From positions 68,912-132,911 of the forward strand of contig JAZQOV010000011.1 in assembly GCA_045628045.1 (NCBI GenBank): a stretch of 64,000 nt of DNA, written 5' to 3'. Both the position numbers and the translations under genes were made by a program. The notes below the pieces were generated by a model, which did no database searches, was not told the DNA's origin, and saw only the letters and a program-made list of their open reading frames with translations. Position 1 is the first letter of the stretch; the number at the start of each line of letters is the position of its first letter. Positions 26,851 through 37,728 of the stretch are shown here, in pieces. The DNA is from Bacilli bacterium. GTDB taxonomy: Bacteria > Bacillota_I > Bacilli_A > RFN20 > CAG-826.

Positions 26851-28094
26851 TGAGTTACATAAAAGGATATCGTTGTACTATTTGTGGTGCCGAATTTAAA
26901 GTTGGTGAAGTAGGTTTAACCTGCCCACACTGTGGAGAAAAAGGCATTCTTGATGTTGTTTATGATTACGATGCGCTTAAAAAAGTACTAACCAAAGAAT
27001 ATTTTTCTAACAACCGTAATTACTCTATGTGGCGCTATACGCCAATTATGGGCATTAAAGAAGACCACATTGACGAAATGCTAAGAGTTGGATGGACTCC
27101 ACTTTATCACGCAAGAAATCTTGGTAAAGAACTTGGTGTCGCAAAACTCTATGTTAAAGATGATGGCTTAAATCCAAGTGGATCAAGCAAAGATAGAGCT
27201 TCTGGTGTTGCTGTTTTAAAAGCAATTGAAGCAGGAGCAAAAACTATTGCCTGTTCATCAACTGGAAATGCCGCATCAAGCTGTGCTTGCCAAGCCGCTC
27301 ACATGGGACTTAAAGCAGTTATTTTTGTTCCAAAAAGAGCTCCAATTGGTAAAGCAACACAAATTTGTTTATACGGTGCAACTTTAATAAAAGTTGATGG
27401 CGACTATAAAGCCGCATTCAAACTTTCAAAAGCTGCTATCGATAAATATGGTTGGTATAACCGTAATGCCGCTATTAACCCATTCATGGTTGAAGGTAAG
27501 AAAACAGTTTCTTTAGAAATTGCTGAACAACTTAACTGGGAACCTACTGATTGGGTCGCTGTATCTGTTGGTGACGGATGCACCGTTGGCGGAGTTTACA
27601 AAGGATTCATGGAACTTCACAAACTTGGTTTAATCAAGAGAATTCCTAGAATTCTTGGTGTTCAATCTACCGGATGTTGTCCATTTGTTATTTCAAGTGA
27701 AACAGGTGAACCACTCAAGGAAGCAGAAGAAAACACCCTCGCTGATTCTATAGCTGTTGGCATCCCAAGAAACCCTATTAAAGCACTTAATGCAATTAAA
27801 TTCAGTAATGGTGCTTGGATTTCTGTGCCAGATAGTGATATCATTAACGCTATGGGATTACTTGGCAGAACCGAAGGTATCTTCGGTGAACCTGCCGGAG
27901 TTGCCGCTATTGCCGGCATCAAAAAGGCTGTTAAAGAAGGAATCATTAAACCTACCGAAACGGTCACAACAATCGTTACTGGTAATGGTTTAAAAGACCC
28001 AGTAAACGGTCAAAAGGCTGTATCCATGCCTGAACCTATGGCTCCAAGCCTAGAAGAATTGGATAAATATTTAAGACAAAAAGGAGCAATTTAA
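26850..28094 (+). CDS. threonine-synthase-like PLP enzyme with N-terminal zinc ribbon
   Basis: CTICG…CPHCG ribbon. PLP lysine motif NPSGSSKDRA (fold type II). Confidence 0.65.
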   Translation: MSYIKGYRCTICGAEFKVGEVGLTCPHCGEKGILDVVYDYDALKKVLTKEYFSNNRNYSMWRYTPIMGIKEDHIDEMLRVGWTPLYHARNLGKELGVAKLYVKDDGLNPSGSSKDRASGVAVLKAIEAGAKTIACSSTGNAASSCACQAAHMGLKAVIFVPKRAPIGKATQICLYGATLIKVDGDYKAAFKLSKAAIDKYGWYNRNAAINPFMVEGKKTVSLEIAEQLNWEPTDWVAVSVGDGCTVGGVYKGFMELHKLGLIKRIPRILGVQSTGCCPFVISSETGEPLKEAEENTLADSIAVGIPRNPIKALNAIKFSNGAWISVPDSDIINAMGLLGRTEGIFGEPAGVAAIAGIKKAVKEGIIKPTETVTTIVTGNGLKDPVNGQKAVSMPEPMAPSLEELDKYLRQKGAI

Positions 28095-29465
28095 ATGTCG
28101 AAAATTCCATTTGGTCCAACATACGATGAAATGTTAAATCCATCTCATCAGGACCCAAAAGTAAGAGCCGCAGCGCTCAAAGCTATCAAGGAAAATGAAC
28201 TTGATCCGGTTAACCTTTTTAACATTACTTGGAAGAATGCTAAAGACGAGGTTAATAAAATTGTACTTCCAAAGGAACTTACAGGTGTAGACGCAAACAT
28301 CGTTGTCTTACTTGGTAAGTATTTCCCATCTGGCTCACACAAAGTCGGTCCAGCATATTCAACACTCATGGAAGGATGTGTTGATAATGAAATTATCCCA
28401 GGAAAACACACAATCCTTGGACCATCAACTGGTAACTTTGGTATCGGTACTGCCTACATTACAAACTTAATGGGCTACAAAGGTATCGTTATTATGCCAG
28501 ACAACATGTCAAAAGAAAGATATGAACGTATTAGGAAATACGGTGCAGAACTTGATTTGACACCAGGTTCAGAATCAGACGTTATTCTTACACTTGAAAG
28601 AACATACGAACTTAAGAAGAACCCAATGAATAGAACATTAGCTCAATTTGAGCTACTTCCAAACTACCGTTTCCACAGACACGTCACTGGCGGATCATGT
28701 GTTGAAGCAGTTAAAGGTATTGGTAATGGCCGTATTGCATGTTTCTGTTCAGCACCAGGTTCAGCTGGTACTCTTGCAGCTGGTGACCACATTAAAAAGG
28801 TCTTCCCAGAATGTAAGATTGCTGCACTTGAACCACATGAATGTTCAACACTCACCAATGGTGGTTTAGGACAACACAGAATTGAAGGTATTGGCGATAA
28901 GATGATTACTCTTATTCACAATGCTCTTACAACTGACTTCATTACTCAAATTATTGATGAAGACTGTGTCCGTGGTCTTGCAGTTATCCATGAAGGTACA
29001 GAAATCCTTAAAAAACATGGTGTTCCAGCAAAAGTTGCAGAATCAATGGTAGACCTCTTTGGTGTCTCCGGAATTTGTAACATTCTTGGTGCAATTAAGA
29101 TGGCAAAATATCTCAAACTTGGTCCAAACGACAATGTCGTTACAATCGCAACCGACTCATTTGATAGATATCCATCAGTTATCAAAAACTTACATGATAG
29201 AGAACTCGAAGTTACTGATCACGTTTTAGAAAGATGGTTTAACGACGTATTTGCAGGTGCAGATACTTCTTACATCCTTGATACACGTGGAGAAGCAGCA
29301 AAAGAAGTACTCTTCAAACAAAAAGAATCAGATTGGCTTAAATTTGGTTACAAGAAAGCCTACCTTGATTCAATGAGAAAACCAGAATTCTGGGAAAACG
29401 AATATAACAAGGTTTTCGAATACGATAAGAAGATTCTTGCAATGCGTGGAAAGGAAATCAAATAA
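28095..29465 (+). CDS. PLP-dependent enzyme, fold type II (tryptophan synthase beta superfamily)
   Basis: [11 protein letters not shown] lysine region and [12 protein letters not shown] glycine loop. Weakly related to the DAP ammonia-lyase/cysteine-synthase clade. Confidence 0.5.
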   Translation: MSKIPFGPTYDEMLNPSHQDPKVRAAALKAIKENELDPVNLFNITWKNAKDEVNKIVLPKELTGVDANIVVLLGKYFPSGSHKVGPAYSTLMEGCVDNEIIPGKHTILGPSTGNFGIGTAYITNLMGYKGIVIMPDNMSKERYERIRKYGAELDLTPGSESDVILTLERTYELKKNPMNRTLAQFELLPNYRFHRHVTGGSCVEAVKGIGNGRIACFCSAPGSAGTLAAGDHIKKVFPECKIAALEPHECSTLTNGGLGQHRIEGIGDKMITLIHNALTTDFITQIIDEDCVRGLAVIHEGTEILKKHGVPAKVAESMVDLFGVSGICNILGAIKMAKYLKLGPNDNVVTIATDSFDRYPSVIKNLHDRELEVTDHVLERWFNDVFAGADTSYILDTRGEAAKEVLFKQKESDWLKFGYKKAYLDSMRKPEFWENEYNKVFEYDKKILAMRGKEIK

Positions 29466-30679
29466 TGAAAGTTTCATACGAAGAAATCCTCAAGAAAGCC
29501 GAATCTTATAAGGCTGATATGACCAAATTCCTTCGTGACATGGTTAAGATTCCATCTGAATCATGTGGCGAAAAGGAAGTTGTTCTCCGCATTAAAGAAG
29601 AAATGTTAAAGGTTGGATTCGACAAAGTCGAAATCGACCCAATGGGAAACGTTTTAGGCTATATTGGCCATGGCAAACACCTCATTGCAATGGACGCACA
29701 TATCGATACAGTCGGTATTGGCGAAATCAAAAACTGGAAGTTCGATCCATATGAAGGCTTCGAAGACGAAACTTACATTGGCGGACGTGGAACAAGTGAC
29801 CAAGAAGGCGGTATGGCCTCCATGGTTTACGCAGGCAAAATCATTAAAGATTTAGGCCTTGAAGATGATTACACTCTTCTTGTAACAGGTACTGTTCAAG
29901 AAGAAGACTGTGATGGTCTTTGCTGGAAATACATTATTGAACAAGATAAGATTAAACCAGAATTCGTTGTTTCAACTGAACCAACAAGCTGCCAAATCTA
30001 TCGTGGTCATCGTGGACGTATGGAAATCAAAGTCAACGTCCGTGGTATTTCCTGTCACGGTTCTGCACCAGAACGTGGTGACAATGCTATTTACAAAATG
30101 GCAGACATTATTAAACAAGTTAAGGAACTTAATGAAACAGGACTTGCCTATGATCCATTCTTAGGAAAAGGTACTGTTACAATTTCCCAAATTTTCCACA
30201 AATCACCAAGCCGCTGTGCAGTTGCTGATGGTTGCTGGATTTCACTTGATAGACGTTTAACAGTTGGTGAAAACGATAAGACATCAATTGCCGAAATTGA
30301 AAATTTACCAGCAGTTAAAGCTGCTAAAGCAGAAGTCACAATGTACGATTATGAACGCCCAGCTTATACTGGACTCGTTTATAAACAAGAATGTTACTTC
30401 CCAACCTGGGTTATTCCAGAGGAATCAATCTATGTTCAATCAATGAAACAAGGTTATGAAGGATTATTCGGAAAAGCTCCAGTTATTGATAAGTGGACAT
30501 TCTCAACCAATGGCGTTTCTATTTGCGGACGCTTTGGTATTCCATGCTTAGGCTTTGGCCCAGGCGATGAAAAAGAAGCTCATGCACCAAATGAAAAGAC
30601 AAGAAAACAAGATCTTGTCATTTGTGCAGCTTTATACGCAACTATTCCAGGATTATATCTTGAAAATTTAAAGAAATAA
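29465..30679 (+). CDS. ygeY: YgeY-type M20 peptidase-family hydrolase
   Basis: Near-collinear identity to E. coli YgeY (…FLRDMV.IPSES…[16 protein letters not shown]…[29 protein letters not shown]…). Confidence 0.9.
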   Translation: MKVSYEEILKKAESYKADMTKFLRDMVKIPSESCGEKEVVLRIKEEMLKVGFDKVEIDPMGNVLGYIGHGKHLIAMDAHIDTVGIGEIKNWKFDPYEGFEDETYIGGRGTSDQEGGMASMVYAGKIIKDLGLEDDYTLLVTGTVQEEDCDGLCWKYIIEQDKIKPEFVVSTEPTSCQIYRGHRGRMEIKVNVRGISCHGSAPERGDNAIYKMADIIKQVKELNETGLAYDPFLGKGTVTISQIFHKSPSRCAVADGCWISLDRRLTVGENDKTSIAEIENLPAVKAAKAEVTMYDYERPAYTGLVYKQECYFPTWVIPEESIYVQSMKQGYEGLFGKAPVIDKWTFSTNGVSICGRFGIPCLGFGPGDEKEAHAPNEKTRKQDLVICAALYATIPGLYLENLKK

Positions 30680-30691
30680 GGAGAAAAAACC

Positions 30692-31702
30692 ATGGAAAAA
30701 ATCGAACCAAGATTCGCTGGTCGTCACTTAATTACCTTAGAAGATTTTACTAAGGAAGAAATTGACTACATCTTAAAAGTATCCCACCAAATGAAGGATG
30801 CTTTCTACGCCAACGAACCAATGCCTTTCTTAGAAGGCAAAACAGGTTTCTTGATGTTCTTTGAACAATCAACACGTACAAGAAACTCATTTGAATCAGG
30901 TATGGCACAACTTGGTGGCCATGCTACATTCCTTGATACATCAATGATGCAAATTGCACATGGTGAATCAGCAAAAGATACTGCAGTTATTCTTTCTTCA
31001 TTTGGTCATATGATCGCTTGTAGATATTGTAACTGGGGACTTGGTAACAAATACATTCGTGAAATGGCCAAGTATTCAACAGTTCCAATCATTAACTTAC
31101 AATGTGACCTTTATCACCCAATGCAAGCACTTGCAGACTTAATGACAATCGAAGATGAATTTGGAAAAACCAAGAACTTAAAGGTCTCTGTTATTTGGGC
31201 TATGGCTACAACACACAAGAAACCAATTTCAGTTCCTGTTTCACAAGTCTTACTCTTCCCACGTTATGGTATTGATGTTACACTTGCATATCCTGAAGGA
31301 TATGATTTACCAGACTGGGTCATCGAAAAAGCTTGTAAAAATGCCGCAGAAAATGGTGGTTCATTAACCATTACTCACGACATGGATGCAGCTTATAAAG
31401 ATGCTGACGTTGTCTTCCCAAAGAACTGGGGTAGTTGGGTCACCAACCAATCAACCACAGTTGTTGATGATGCACTTCTTGCCCTCAAGGCATGGAAATG
31501 TACACCAGATAAGATGGCACTTGCTCACAAAGGCTGCCGTTACATGCATGCACTTCCAGCAGACCGTGTAAACGAAGTTGTTGATGAGGTTATTGATGGA
31601 CCACAATCAGTTGTCTATCAAGAAGCCGAGAACAGAATCCACACTGCTAAAGCAGTTATGGCATTATTTGTTCACGACAAAAAACCATCAGACAGACGTT
31701 AA
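30692..31702 (+). CDS. ygeW: YgeW-type knotted carbamoyltransferase
   Basis: STRTR motif. The long stretch …VNLQCD..HP.Q..ADL…DVTLAHPEGYDL…KDADIV.PK.W matches E. coli YgeW. Confidence 0.85.
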   Translation: MEKIEPRFAGRHLITLEDFTKEEIDYILKVSHQMKDAFYANEPMPFLEGKTGFLMFFEQSTRTRNSFESGMAQLGGHATFLDTSMMQIAHGESAKDTAVILSSFGHMIACRYCNWGLGNKYIREMAKYSTVPIINLQCDLYHPMQALADLMTIEDEFGKTKNLKVSVIWAMATTHKKPISVPVSQVLLFPRYGIDVTLAYPEGYDLPDWVIEKACKNAAENGGSLTITHDMDAAYKDADVVFPKNWGSWVTNQSTTVVDDALLALKAWKCTPDKMALAHKGCRYMHALPADRVNEVVDEVIDGPQSVVYQEAENRIHTAKAVMALFVHDKKPSDRR

Positions 31703-31785
31703 TTTGCTCCAAACAATATAAACTAGAGGGATCATTAAGGTCCCTCTTTTTTATTACTTGTATAGTGTGATATAATGATTTCGTT

Positions 31786-33009
31786 ATGAAATCTTTAAGA
31801 TATTTATACCGAATTGGCTATGGCCCATCAAGTTCACACTCAATTGGACCTTATAGAATTGCGAAATATGTTTTGAAAAAATATCCAGACGCAATTCATT
31901 TTGACGTTACACTTTATGGCTCTTTAGCACTCACTGGTAGAGGTCACTTAACCGATAAAACAATCTTAAAGACTTTAGCTCCAATTCCTACAAATATAAT
32001 CTTTGATTATAAGAGTAAAGTTGAACATCCTAATACAATGAAAATCGATGTTTATTTACCAAATGGAAAATCAGAGACTGTTAAAGCTGTTTCCGTTGGC
32101 GGAGGAACAATCCACATTGATGGAGAAGTTGATGAATATGAAAAGGATGTTTATCCAGAGAAAAACTTTGGTGAAATTCGTGCTCTTTGTTTAAAAAACA
32201 ATTGGGATTTAGCAGATTATGTTCGTCATTATGAAGGCGAAGAAATTTTTGAATATTTAAAAGAAGTCTATCAAGTAATGATGGATTCCATAGATCGTGG
32301 TTTAAAAGCTGAAGGTGAACTTCCAGGTAAACTCCATGTTCAAAGAAGAGCACCTTTATTCACAAAATCAAAATACGAAAATGAATCAGAAACAGGGAAT
32401 TCATTTAGAAGCATTTTAGCTTATGCATTCGCCGTAGGCGAAGAAAATGCTTCTGGTGGAAAAGTTGTTACTGCTCCTACCTGTGGTAGCGCAGCAACAA
32501 TGCCTGCAGTGCTTAAGTTCTACCAAAGAAAATACAATAAGCCACTTGAAACAGTGTTAAATGCTTTAGCAGTTGGTGGTGTTATTGGCAACGTAATTAA
32601 GACAAATGCATCAATTTCTGGTGCAGAAGCTGGTTGCCAAGCTGAAATTGGTTCAGCATGTTCAATGGCAGCAGCTGCTTATGCTTATCTAAAACAATTA
32701 GATTTAGATGGTGTTGAATGTGCAGCCGAAGTTGCGATGGAACACTCTATTGGATCTACTTGTGATCCTGTTGGAGGTTACGTCCAAATTCCATGTATTG
32801 AAAGAAATGCTGTTGCAGCAATTCGTGCTGTTACTTCTGCTAGATTAGCAGAATACGCACATGATACAGACCAAGTTTGGTTTGATGAAATAGTTGCAAC
32901 AATGTATAAAACCGGAAAAGATATGAGACGCGGGTATCGAGAAACCGCAAAAGGTGGTTTAGCAAAAGAAATGTATAGCCACAGAAAAGGAGGTCTATAT
33001 GGAAATTAA
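31786..33009 (+). CDS. sdaA: L-serine dehydratase (fused beta/alpha, Fe-S dependent)
   Basis: GYGPSSSHSIGP, YGSLALTGRGHLTD, GGKVVTAPTCGSAA, NASISGAEAGCQAEIGSACSMAAA, TCDPVGGYVQIPCIERNA and ETAKGGLA all match E. coli SdaA. Confidence 0.9.
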   Translation: MKSLRYLYRIGYGPSSSHSIGPYRIAKYVLKKYPDAIHFDVTLYGSLALTGRGHLTDKTILKTLAPIPTNIIFDYKSKVEHPNTMKIDVYLPNGKSETVKAVSVGGGTIHIDGEVDEYEKDVYPEKNFGEIRALCLKNNWDLADYVRHYEGEEIFEYLKEVYQVMMDSIDRGLKAEGELPGKLHVQRRAPLFTKSKYENESETGNSFRSILAYAFAVGEENASGGKVVTAPTCGSAATMPAVLKFYQRKYNKPLETVLNALAVGGVIGNVIKTNASISGAEAGCQAEIGSACSMAAAAYAYLKQLDLDGVECAAEVAMEHSIGSTCDPVGGYVQIPCIERNAVAAIRAVTSARLAEYAHDTDQVWFDEIVATMYKTGKDMRRGYRETAKGGLAKEMYSHRKGGLYGN

Positions 33010-34330
33010 GTTTTTTAACTCCTTATCCAATAAGAATGAGGTTTTTAAACCTATTAAGGAAAAAGAAGTCTCAATTTATTGTTGTGGTCCAACTGTTTAT
33101 GGAGATGCTCACGTTGGAAATATTCGTCCTGTAATTGTTTTTGATACATTACGTCGTTTTTTAGCTTACGTTGGTTATGATGTTAAGTTAGTGTCTAACT
33201 TTACTGATGTTGATGATAAAATCATCAATAAAGCCCAAAGTGAAGGTGTTGATGAGAAAGTTATTAGTGAACGTTATATAAAAGCTTATCAAGAAGTTTT
33301 ATCAAAGTTAAATGTTGAAGCTCATTACAAAAATCCGCGTGTTACTGAATACATGGATCAAATCATCAAATATATTGATGAACTTGTTAAGATGGGCGCT
33401 GCATATGAAGTTGATGGCGATGTATTTTTTAGAATAAGTTCTATTAAAGATTATGGAGAACTTTCAAACGCGAAAATTGATGATTTAGTGGTTGGAGCTC
33501 GCATTGAAGAAAATTCAAAGAAAGAGTCACCACTAGATTTCTGTTTGTGGAAGAAAACTGATGTTGGAATTAAGTGGGATTCCCCTTGGGGAAAAGGCCG
33601 TCCAGGATGGCACACAGAATGCTGTGTTATGATTAATTCCATTTTTGGTGGAAATATTGATATTCATGGTGGTGGATTTGATCTTAAATTCCCACATCAT
33701 GAAAATGAAATTGCTCAAGCAAAAGCACATGATAAAAACAAAATTGCAAATTATTGGATGCACAATGGATTTGTTAATTTTGGAAATGAAAAAATGTCAA
33801 AATCACTTGGCAACGTTGTTTTAGCAAAAGATGCAATCGCAAAATACGGTGGAAATGTAATGAGACTTCTCATTCTTTCAACCCATTATCGTGCTCCAGT
33901 TTCCTTTACTGAAGAAACAGTAACAAGTACAGTGAATGAACTTAATAAAGTTCAAAAAGCATACAATCAATTAGCAGTTGCTATTCAAGTTAACCACGGA
34001 AATATGAATGCAAATAACAAAGATATGACTGCATTTATTGAAGCAATGGCGGATGATTTAAATACATCAAATGCAATTGCAGCAATGTTCCAAAAAGTTA
34101 AAGAAGCAAACGTTGAACTTAGGAAAAATCCTTTAAATCTACCAGAAATTGAAGGTATTTTTGCGTCACTTAGTGACATGTTAAAAGTGTTCGGTATTAA
34201 GTTTGATGCTCCAGTTTTAACTCCAGAACTTGAAAAAACTTATAAAGAATATCTTAATTTGAAGGCAGAAAAGAAGTTTGAAGAATCTGACAAATTACGT
34301 GATATTTTGATAGTAAATAATATTATTTAA
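32999..34330 (+). CDS. cysS: cysteine--tRNA ligase
   Basis: CCGPTVYGDAHVGN (HIGH region) and KMSKSLGN. Confidence 0.95.
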   Translation: MEIKFFNSLSNKNEVFKPIKEKEVSIYCCGPTVYGDAHVGNIRPVIVFDTLRRFLAYVGYDVKLVSNFTDVDDKIINKAQSEGVDEKVISERYIKAYQEVLSKLNVEAHYKNPRVTEYMDQIIKYIDELVKMGAAYEVDGDVFFRISSIKDYGELSNAKIDDLVVGARIEENSKKESPLDFCLWKKTDVGIKWDSPWGKGRPGWHTECCVMINSIFGGNIDIHGGGFDLKFPHHENEIAQAKAHDKNKIANYWMHNGFVNFGNEKMSKSLGNVVLAKDAIAKYGGNVMRLLILSTHYRAPVSFTEETVTSTVNELNKVQKAYNQLAVAIQVNHGNMNANNKDMTAFIEAMADDLNTSNAIAAMFQKVKEANVELRKNPLNLPEIEGIFASLSDMLKVFGIKFDAPVLTPELEKTYKEYLNLKAEKKFEESDKLRDILIVNNII

Positions 34331-34337
34331 AAGTGTT

Positions 34338-35078
34338 ATGAAAAACGGGAATCAAAGTTCAAAAAATAGTTTAAACTATATTTATGGGAGGTTATCTTCA
34401 TTAAATTGTTTAAGCGTTAGCAAAGTAAAATCTGTTTATTTACAGAATAATTTTTCTGATTCCAATATTTTGGCACTTATTTCCAAAAAAGGAATTAAAC
34501 CAATTTATGTTGATGTTAATACATTAAACAAAATGACAAATAATGGGAATCATCAAGGAATTATTGTTGAGACATTTCCTCATGAATATTGTTCTGTAGA
34601 TGAAATTATTAATAACCCTAAAAATAAAGAACAACCACTTATTCTTTTATTAGATGAAATAGAAGATCCACAAAACTTTGGTGCAATTCTTCGTTCTGCA
34701 GACGCATTTGGTGTGGACGGAATTATTGTTAAAAATAAAAATCAAGTTCCATTAAACTGGACAGTTGCCAAAGTTTCAACTGGAGCAATTGAATACGTTA
34801 AAGTAGCTCAAGTATCTAATTTAAGTAATGTTATTAGAACATTAAAAGATAACGGTTATTGGATTTATGCTGCTGATGGTTCTGCCGATACTTCATATGA
34901 AAAAGTGAACTATTCAGGCAAAGTAGCGCTTATCGTTGGTTCAGAAGGAAGAGGAATTTCAGAGCTAGTTATGAAAAATTCCGATTTCATTATCAAAATT
35001 CCAATGGTAGGACACGTGAACTCCTTAAATGTTTCAGTTTCAACTGGAATATTACTTTCTAGAATAAGAAATAAATAG
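34338..35078 (+). CDS. rlmB: TrmH-family 23S rRNA 2'-O-methyltransferase (RlmB/YacO)
   Basis: SpoU motifs (…LLLDEIEDPQNFGAILRSADAFG…IVGSEGRGIS…). The position after cysS is conserved. Confidence 0.8.
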   Translation: MKNGNQSSKNSLNYIYGRLSSLNCLSVSKVKSVYLQNNFSDSNILALISKKGIKPIYVDVNTLNKMTNNGNHQGIIVETFPHEYCSVDEIINNPKNKEQPLILLLDEIEDPQNFGAILRSADAFGVDGIIVKNKNQVPLNWTVAKVSTGAIEYVKVAQVSNLSNVIRTLKDNGYWIYAADGSADTSYEKVNYSGKVALIVGSEGRGISELVMKNSDFIIKIPMVGHVNSLNVSVSTGILLSRIRNK

Positions 35079-35113
35079 ACTCTTTGCGAAAGCCCCTTTA
35101 GGAAGGAGGCTTT

Positions 35114-35722
35114 ATGGCTTTCCCCAATCTGGAGGCTCTTTTTTACATGGCTTCAAAGGGAGACAAAGAAGCATTTATTTTGTTGCACGAGGAGTACGTT
35201 AAAAAAGCACTTTTGATTATTCAAGATGCAACACATAACATGTCAAAATCCTTGGAAATTCGTGTAGATTTTGATGATTTGATCGAAGATTCATTCATTA
35301 AAATTAATAATGATTATGATCCTCATAGAGGTTCATATACGTGGTTTATGAGACGTTATTTAAGTTACAAAATATTGGACAGAATTAAAAATGCAAATAC
35401 GTCAGGAAATTTTGAGGTTGATTCATTAGATGATGTCGATGAGACTGGAAAATCACACGTTGAAAGTTTGGAAGATGTTGAACAATTACCAATAGGCACT
35501 CAAATTGCGATGAGTAATTTTAAATATCAAATTTCATCTCCTAAAGCCAGGCAAACAAGAAATGAGAAAGCACGTCAAAGAATCTTGCTTCTAAGATACG
35601 CTGGTTTTTCAGATCGAGAGATTTGCAAAGAGTTAAAAATGACTTTGGGTGTGTTTCGAGGTTTGATTAGAAAGATGGAAGAAGACGAGGAATTACTGAA
35701 CTTTAAATTGGATTTGAAATAA
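35114..35722 (+). CDS. divergent sigma-70-family factor, SigH-like by position
   Basis: Region-2-like and region-4 HTH (…RYAGFSDREICKEL…) segments. Sits at the cysS-rlmB-[sigH]-rpmG-secE-nusG position. Confidence 0.5.
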   Translation: MAFPNLEALFYMASKGDKEAFILLHEEYVKKALLIIQDATHNMSKSLEIRVDFDDLIEDSFIKINNDYDPHRGSYTWFMRRYLSYKILDRIKNANTSGNFEVDSLDDVDETGKSHVESLEDVEQLPIGTQIAMSNFKYQISSPKARQTRNEKARQRILLLRYAGFSDREICKELKMTLGVFRGLIRKMEEDEELLNFKLDLK

Positions 35723-35755
35723 AGAAATGTTATTATAATAACACGAGGTATTTCT

Positions 35756-36580
35756 ATGTCAGAATGTAATCACGATTGCGCATCATGTTCTCAAGGCGAT
35801 TGCGCATCACGAAAAATCGAGAAATTAAAACCAAACGAGAACACCACAATTAAGCATTGTTTTGCAGTCATTTCAGGCAAAGGTGGAGTTGGCAAGAGTC
35901 TTGTCACCTCTCTTTTAGCATCCGAAATGAACAAAAGAGGACACAGCGTTGCAATTATCGACGCTGATGTAACTGGTCCTTCTATTCCACAAGCCTTTGG
36001 CTTAAAAGGAAAAATGGCCACTTCAGATGAAACTTGTATTTATCCAGTTTTATCAAAACGCGGCGTTAAAATCATGTCTGCAAACTTACTAATGCCAGAT
36101 GATGAATCACCAATTATTTGGAGAGGCCCAATGATTGCAGGATTTGTTAATCAACTTTACACAGATGTTTGCTATGGCGATGTTGATTATATGTTTGTTG
36201 ATATGCCTCCAGGAACAGGAGACGTTCCTTTAACAATTTTTCAACAATATCCAATTGACGGAATTATCATTGTTACTTCACCTCAAGAATTAGTGTCAAT
36301 GGTGGTCGCAAAATCAATTAATATGGCCAAAATGATGTATATCAACACCGTTGGAATTGTTGAAAATATGTCTTACATCAAATGCCCAAATTGTAATGAA
36401 AAAGTGCGTATTTTTGGGGATGAATCATCCAAAAAACGCATTGAAAAATCAGGCATAAAAGTTGTTGCAGAACTTGGTATTGATCCTGAAATCGCTAAGC
36501 TCGTTGATAAGGGCGAAATTGAGGAATATAAAACCTCAGATTTTGATGAATTAGTGTCATTACTTGAACAATATAAGTAA
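35756..36580 (+). CDS. mrp: Mrp/ApbC-family Fe-S cluster carrier ATPase
   Basis: Walker A ISGKGGVGKS. N-terminal Cys-rich segment. CxxC near the C-terminus. Confidence 0.85.
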   Translation: MSECNHDCASCSQGDCASRKIEKLKPNENTTIKHCFAVISGKGGVGKSLVTSLLASEMNKRGHSVAIIDADVTGPSIPQAFGLKGKMATSDETCIYPVLSKRGVKIMSANLLMPDDESPIIWRGPMIAGFVNQLYTDVCYGDVDYMFVDMPPGTGDVPLTIFQQYPIDGIIIVTSPQELVSMVVAKSINMAKMMYINTVGIVENMSYIKCPNCNEKVRIFGDESSKKRIEKSGIKVVAELGIDPEIAKLVDKGEIEEYKTSDFDELVSLLEQYK

Positions 36581-36588
36581 GTCAAATA

Positions 36589-36617
36589 TTGACTTTAAAC
36601 AATTGACCCTGTATGAT
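36589..36617 (+). promoter_or_regulatory. promoter for rpmG-secE-nusG
   Basis: TTGACT, 17 nt, TATGAT. Confidence 0.5.
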
Positions 36618-36651
36618 ATTGTGCAAAGATGTTGAATAGGATAACGTCAAA

Positions 36652-36798
36652 ATGAGAAAGAAAGTTATTTTAATTTGCCCTGAATGTCTTAGTAGAAATT
36701 ACACTACTTCAAAGAAGGAAGGCGCAACAGAACGTCTTGAATTAATGAAATATTGCCCTCATTGTAATAAGCAAACTTTGCACAAAGAGAGCAAGTAG
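36652..36798 (+). CDS. rpmG: 50S ribosomal protein L33
   Basis: [48 protein letters not shown]. Absent from the ORF track because it is under 60 aa. Confidence 0.9.
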   Translation: MRKKVILICPECLSRNYTTSKKEGATERLELMKYCPHCNKQTLHKESK

Positions 36799-36804
36799 GA
36801 GGAA

Positions 36805-37011
36805 ATGACCATGGGTGTAAAAAAATATACAAAAGAAGTCATTAAAGAAGGCAAAAGAGTACGCTGGCCTAAGAGAGATGTTTTCTTAGTAGCTTTAGTT
36901 ACAACAATTGTAATCTGCGTCTTCTGCGCTTTAGTCCTTAGAATAGAAGATTTAGTTTCTGGAGAACTCATTAAAGCATTGAAAGATGTCTTTAAAGACC
37001 TCAAGAAATAA
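36805..37011 (+). CDS. secE: preprotein translocase subunit SecE
   Basis: 68 aa, single TM. Sits between rpmG and nusG. Confidence 0.85.
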   Translation: MTMGVKKYTKEVIKEGKRVRWPKRDVFLVALVTTIVICVFCALVLRIEDLVSGELIKALKDVFKDLKK

Positions 37012-37601
37012 TGGAGGATAAGAAAATGGCAGAATTAGGCGAAAAACACTGGTATATTGTCACAACTTATTCCCAACACGAAAGAAAAGTTGCAGACAAC
37101 TTACTTAAAAGAATTGAGACACTTGGACTTGGTGATTTTATCACCAATGTTTTAGTCGCTGAACAAGAAGTTGTTATGATGGATAGAGAAACCGGTTTGC
37201 CACTTGTTGATAAGTCCGGAAAAACAAGAACAAAGATGAAAAATCTCTACCCAGGAAACATCTTTGTTGAGATGATTATGACCGATAAAGTCTGGTATTA
37301 TGTAAGAAATACTCCAGGAGTTACTGGTATTGCTGGATCTGCTGGTGGTGGTCAAAAACCAACCCCAGTTACAAAGGAAGAAATCGAGCCAGTTCTCAAA
37401 CGTATGGGCGTCGTTGATCAATCAATGTACGAACATTATAACGTTGGTGATGCGGTCAGAGTTATCAGCGGTCCACTTGAAGGTACCGAAGGTAAAATCG
37501 TTTCTATCAACAAAGAAACAGGTGCTTGCAAAGTTGAAACAGTCTTCTTTGGTAGAAGCACAATGGTCGATGTAGATTTCTCAGAAATTGAGAGATTGTA
37601 A
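37011..37601 (+). CDS. nusG: transcription termination/antitermination factor NusG
   Basis: NGN domain (KHWYIVTTYSQHE) and C-terminal KOW (…GDAVRVISGPLEGTEGKI…). Confidence 0.9.
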   Translation: MEDKKMAELGEKHWYIVTTYSQHERKVADNLLKRIETLGLGDFITNVLVAEQEVVMMDRETGLPLVDKSGKTRTKMKNLYPGNIFVEMIMTDKVWYYVRNTPGVTGIAGSAGGGQKPTPVTKEEIEPVLKRMGVVDQSMYEHYNVGDAVRVISGPLEGTEGKIVSINKETGACKVETVFFGRSTMVDVDFSEIERL

Positions 37602-37728
37602 TCACCGATAATTAACATTTGGTTTTTACTACTTTGAACTTTTTATATTAAAAATTATAAAAATATATAGATTATTTAAATAAAGTAGTGTAAAATAAAG
37701 AAAATTTCCAAAGGAGGAAATTAAAACA

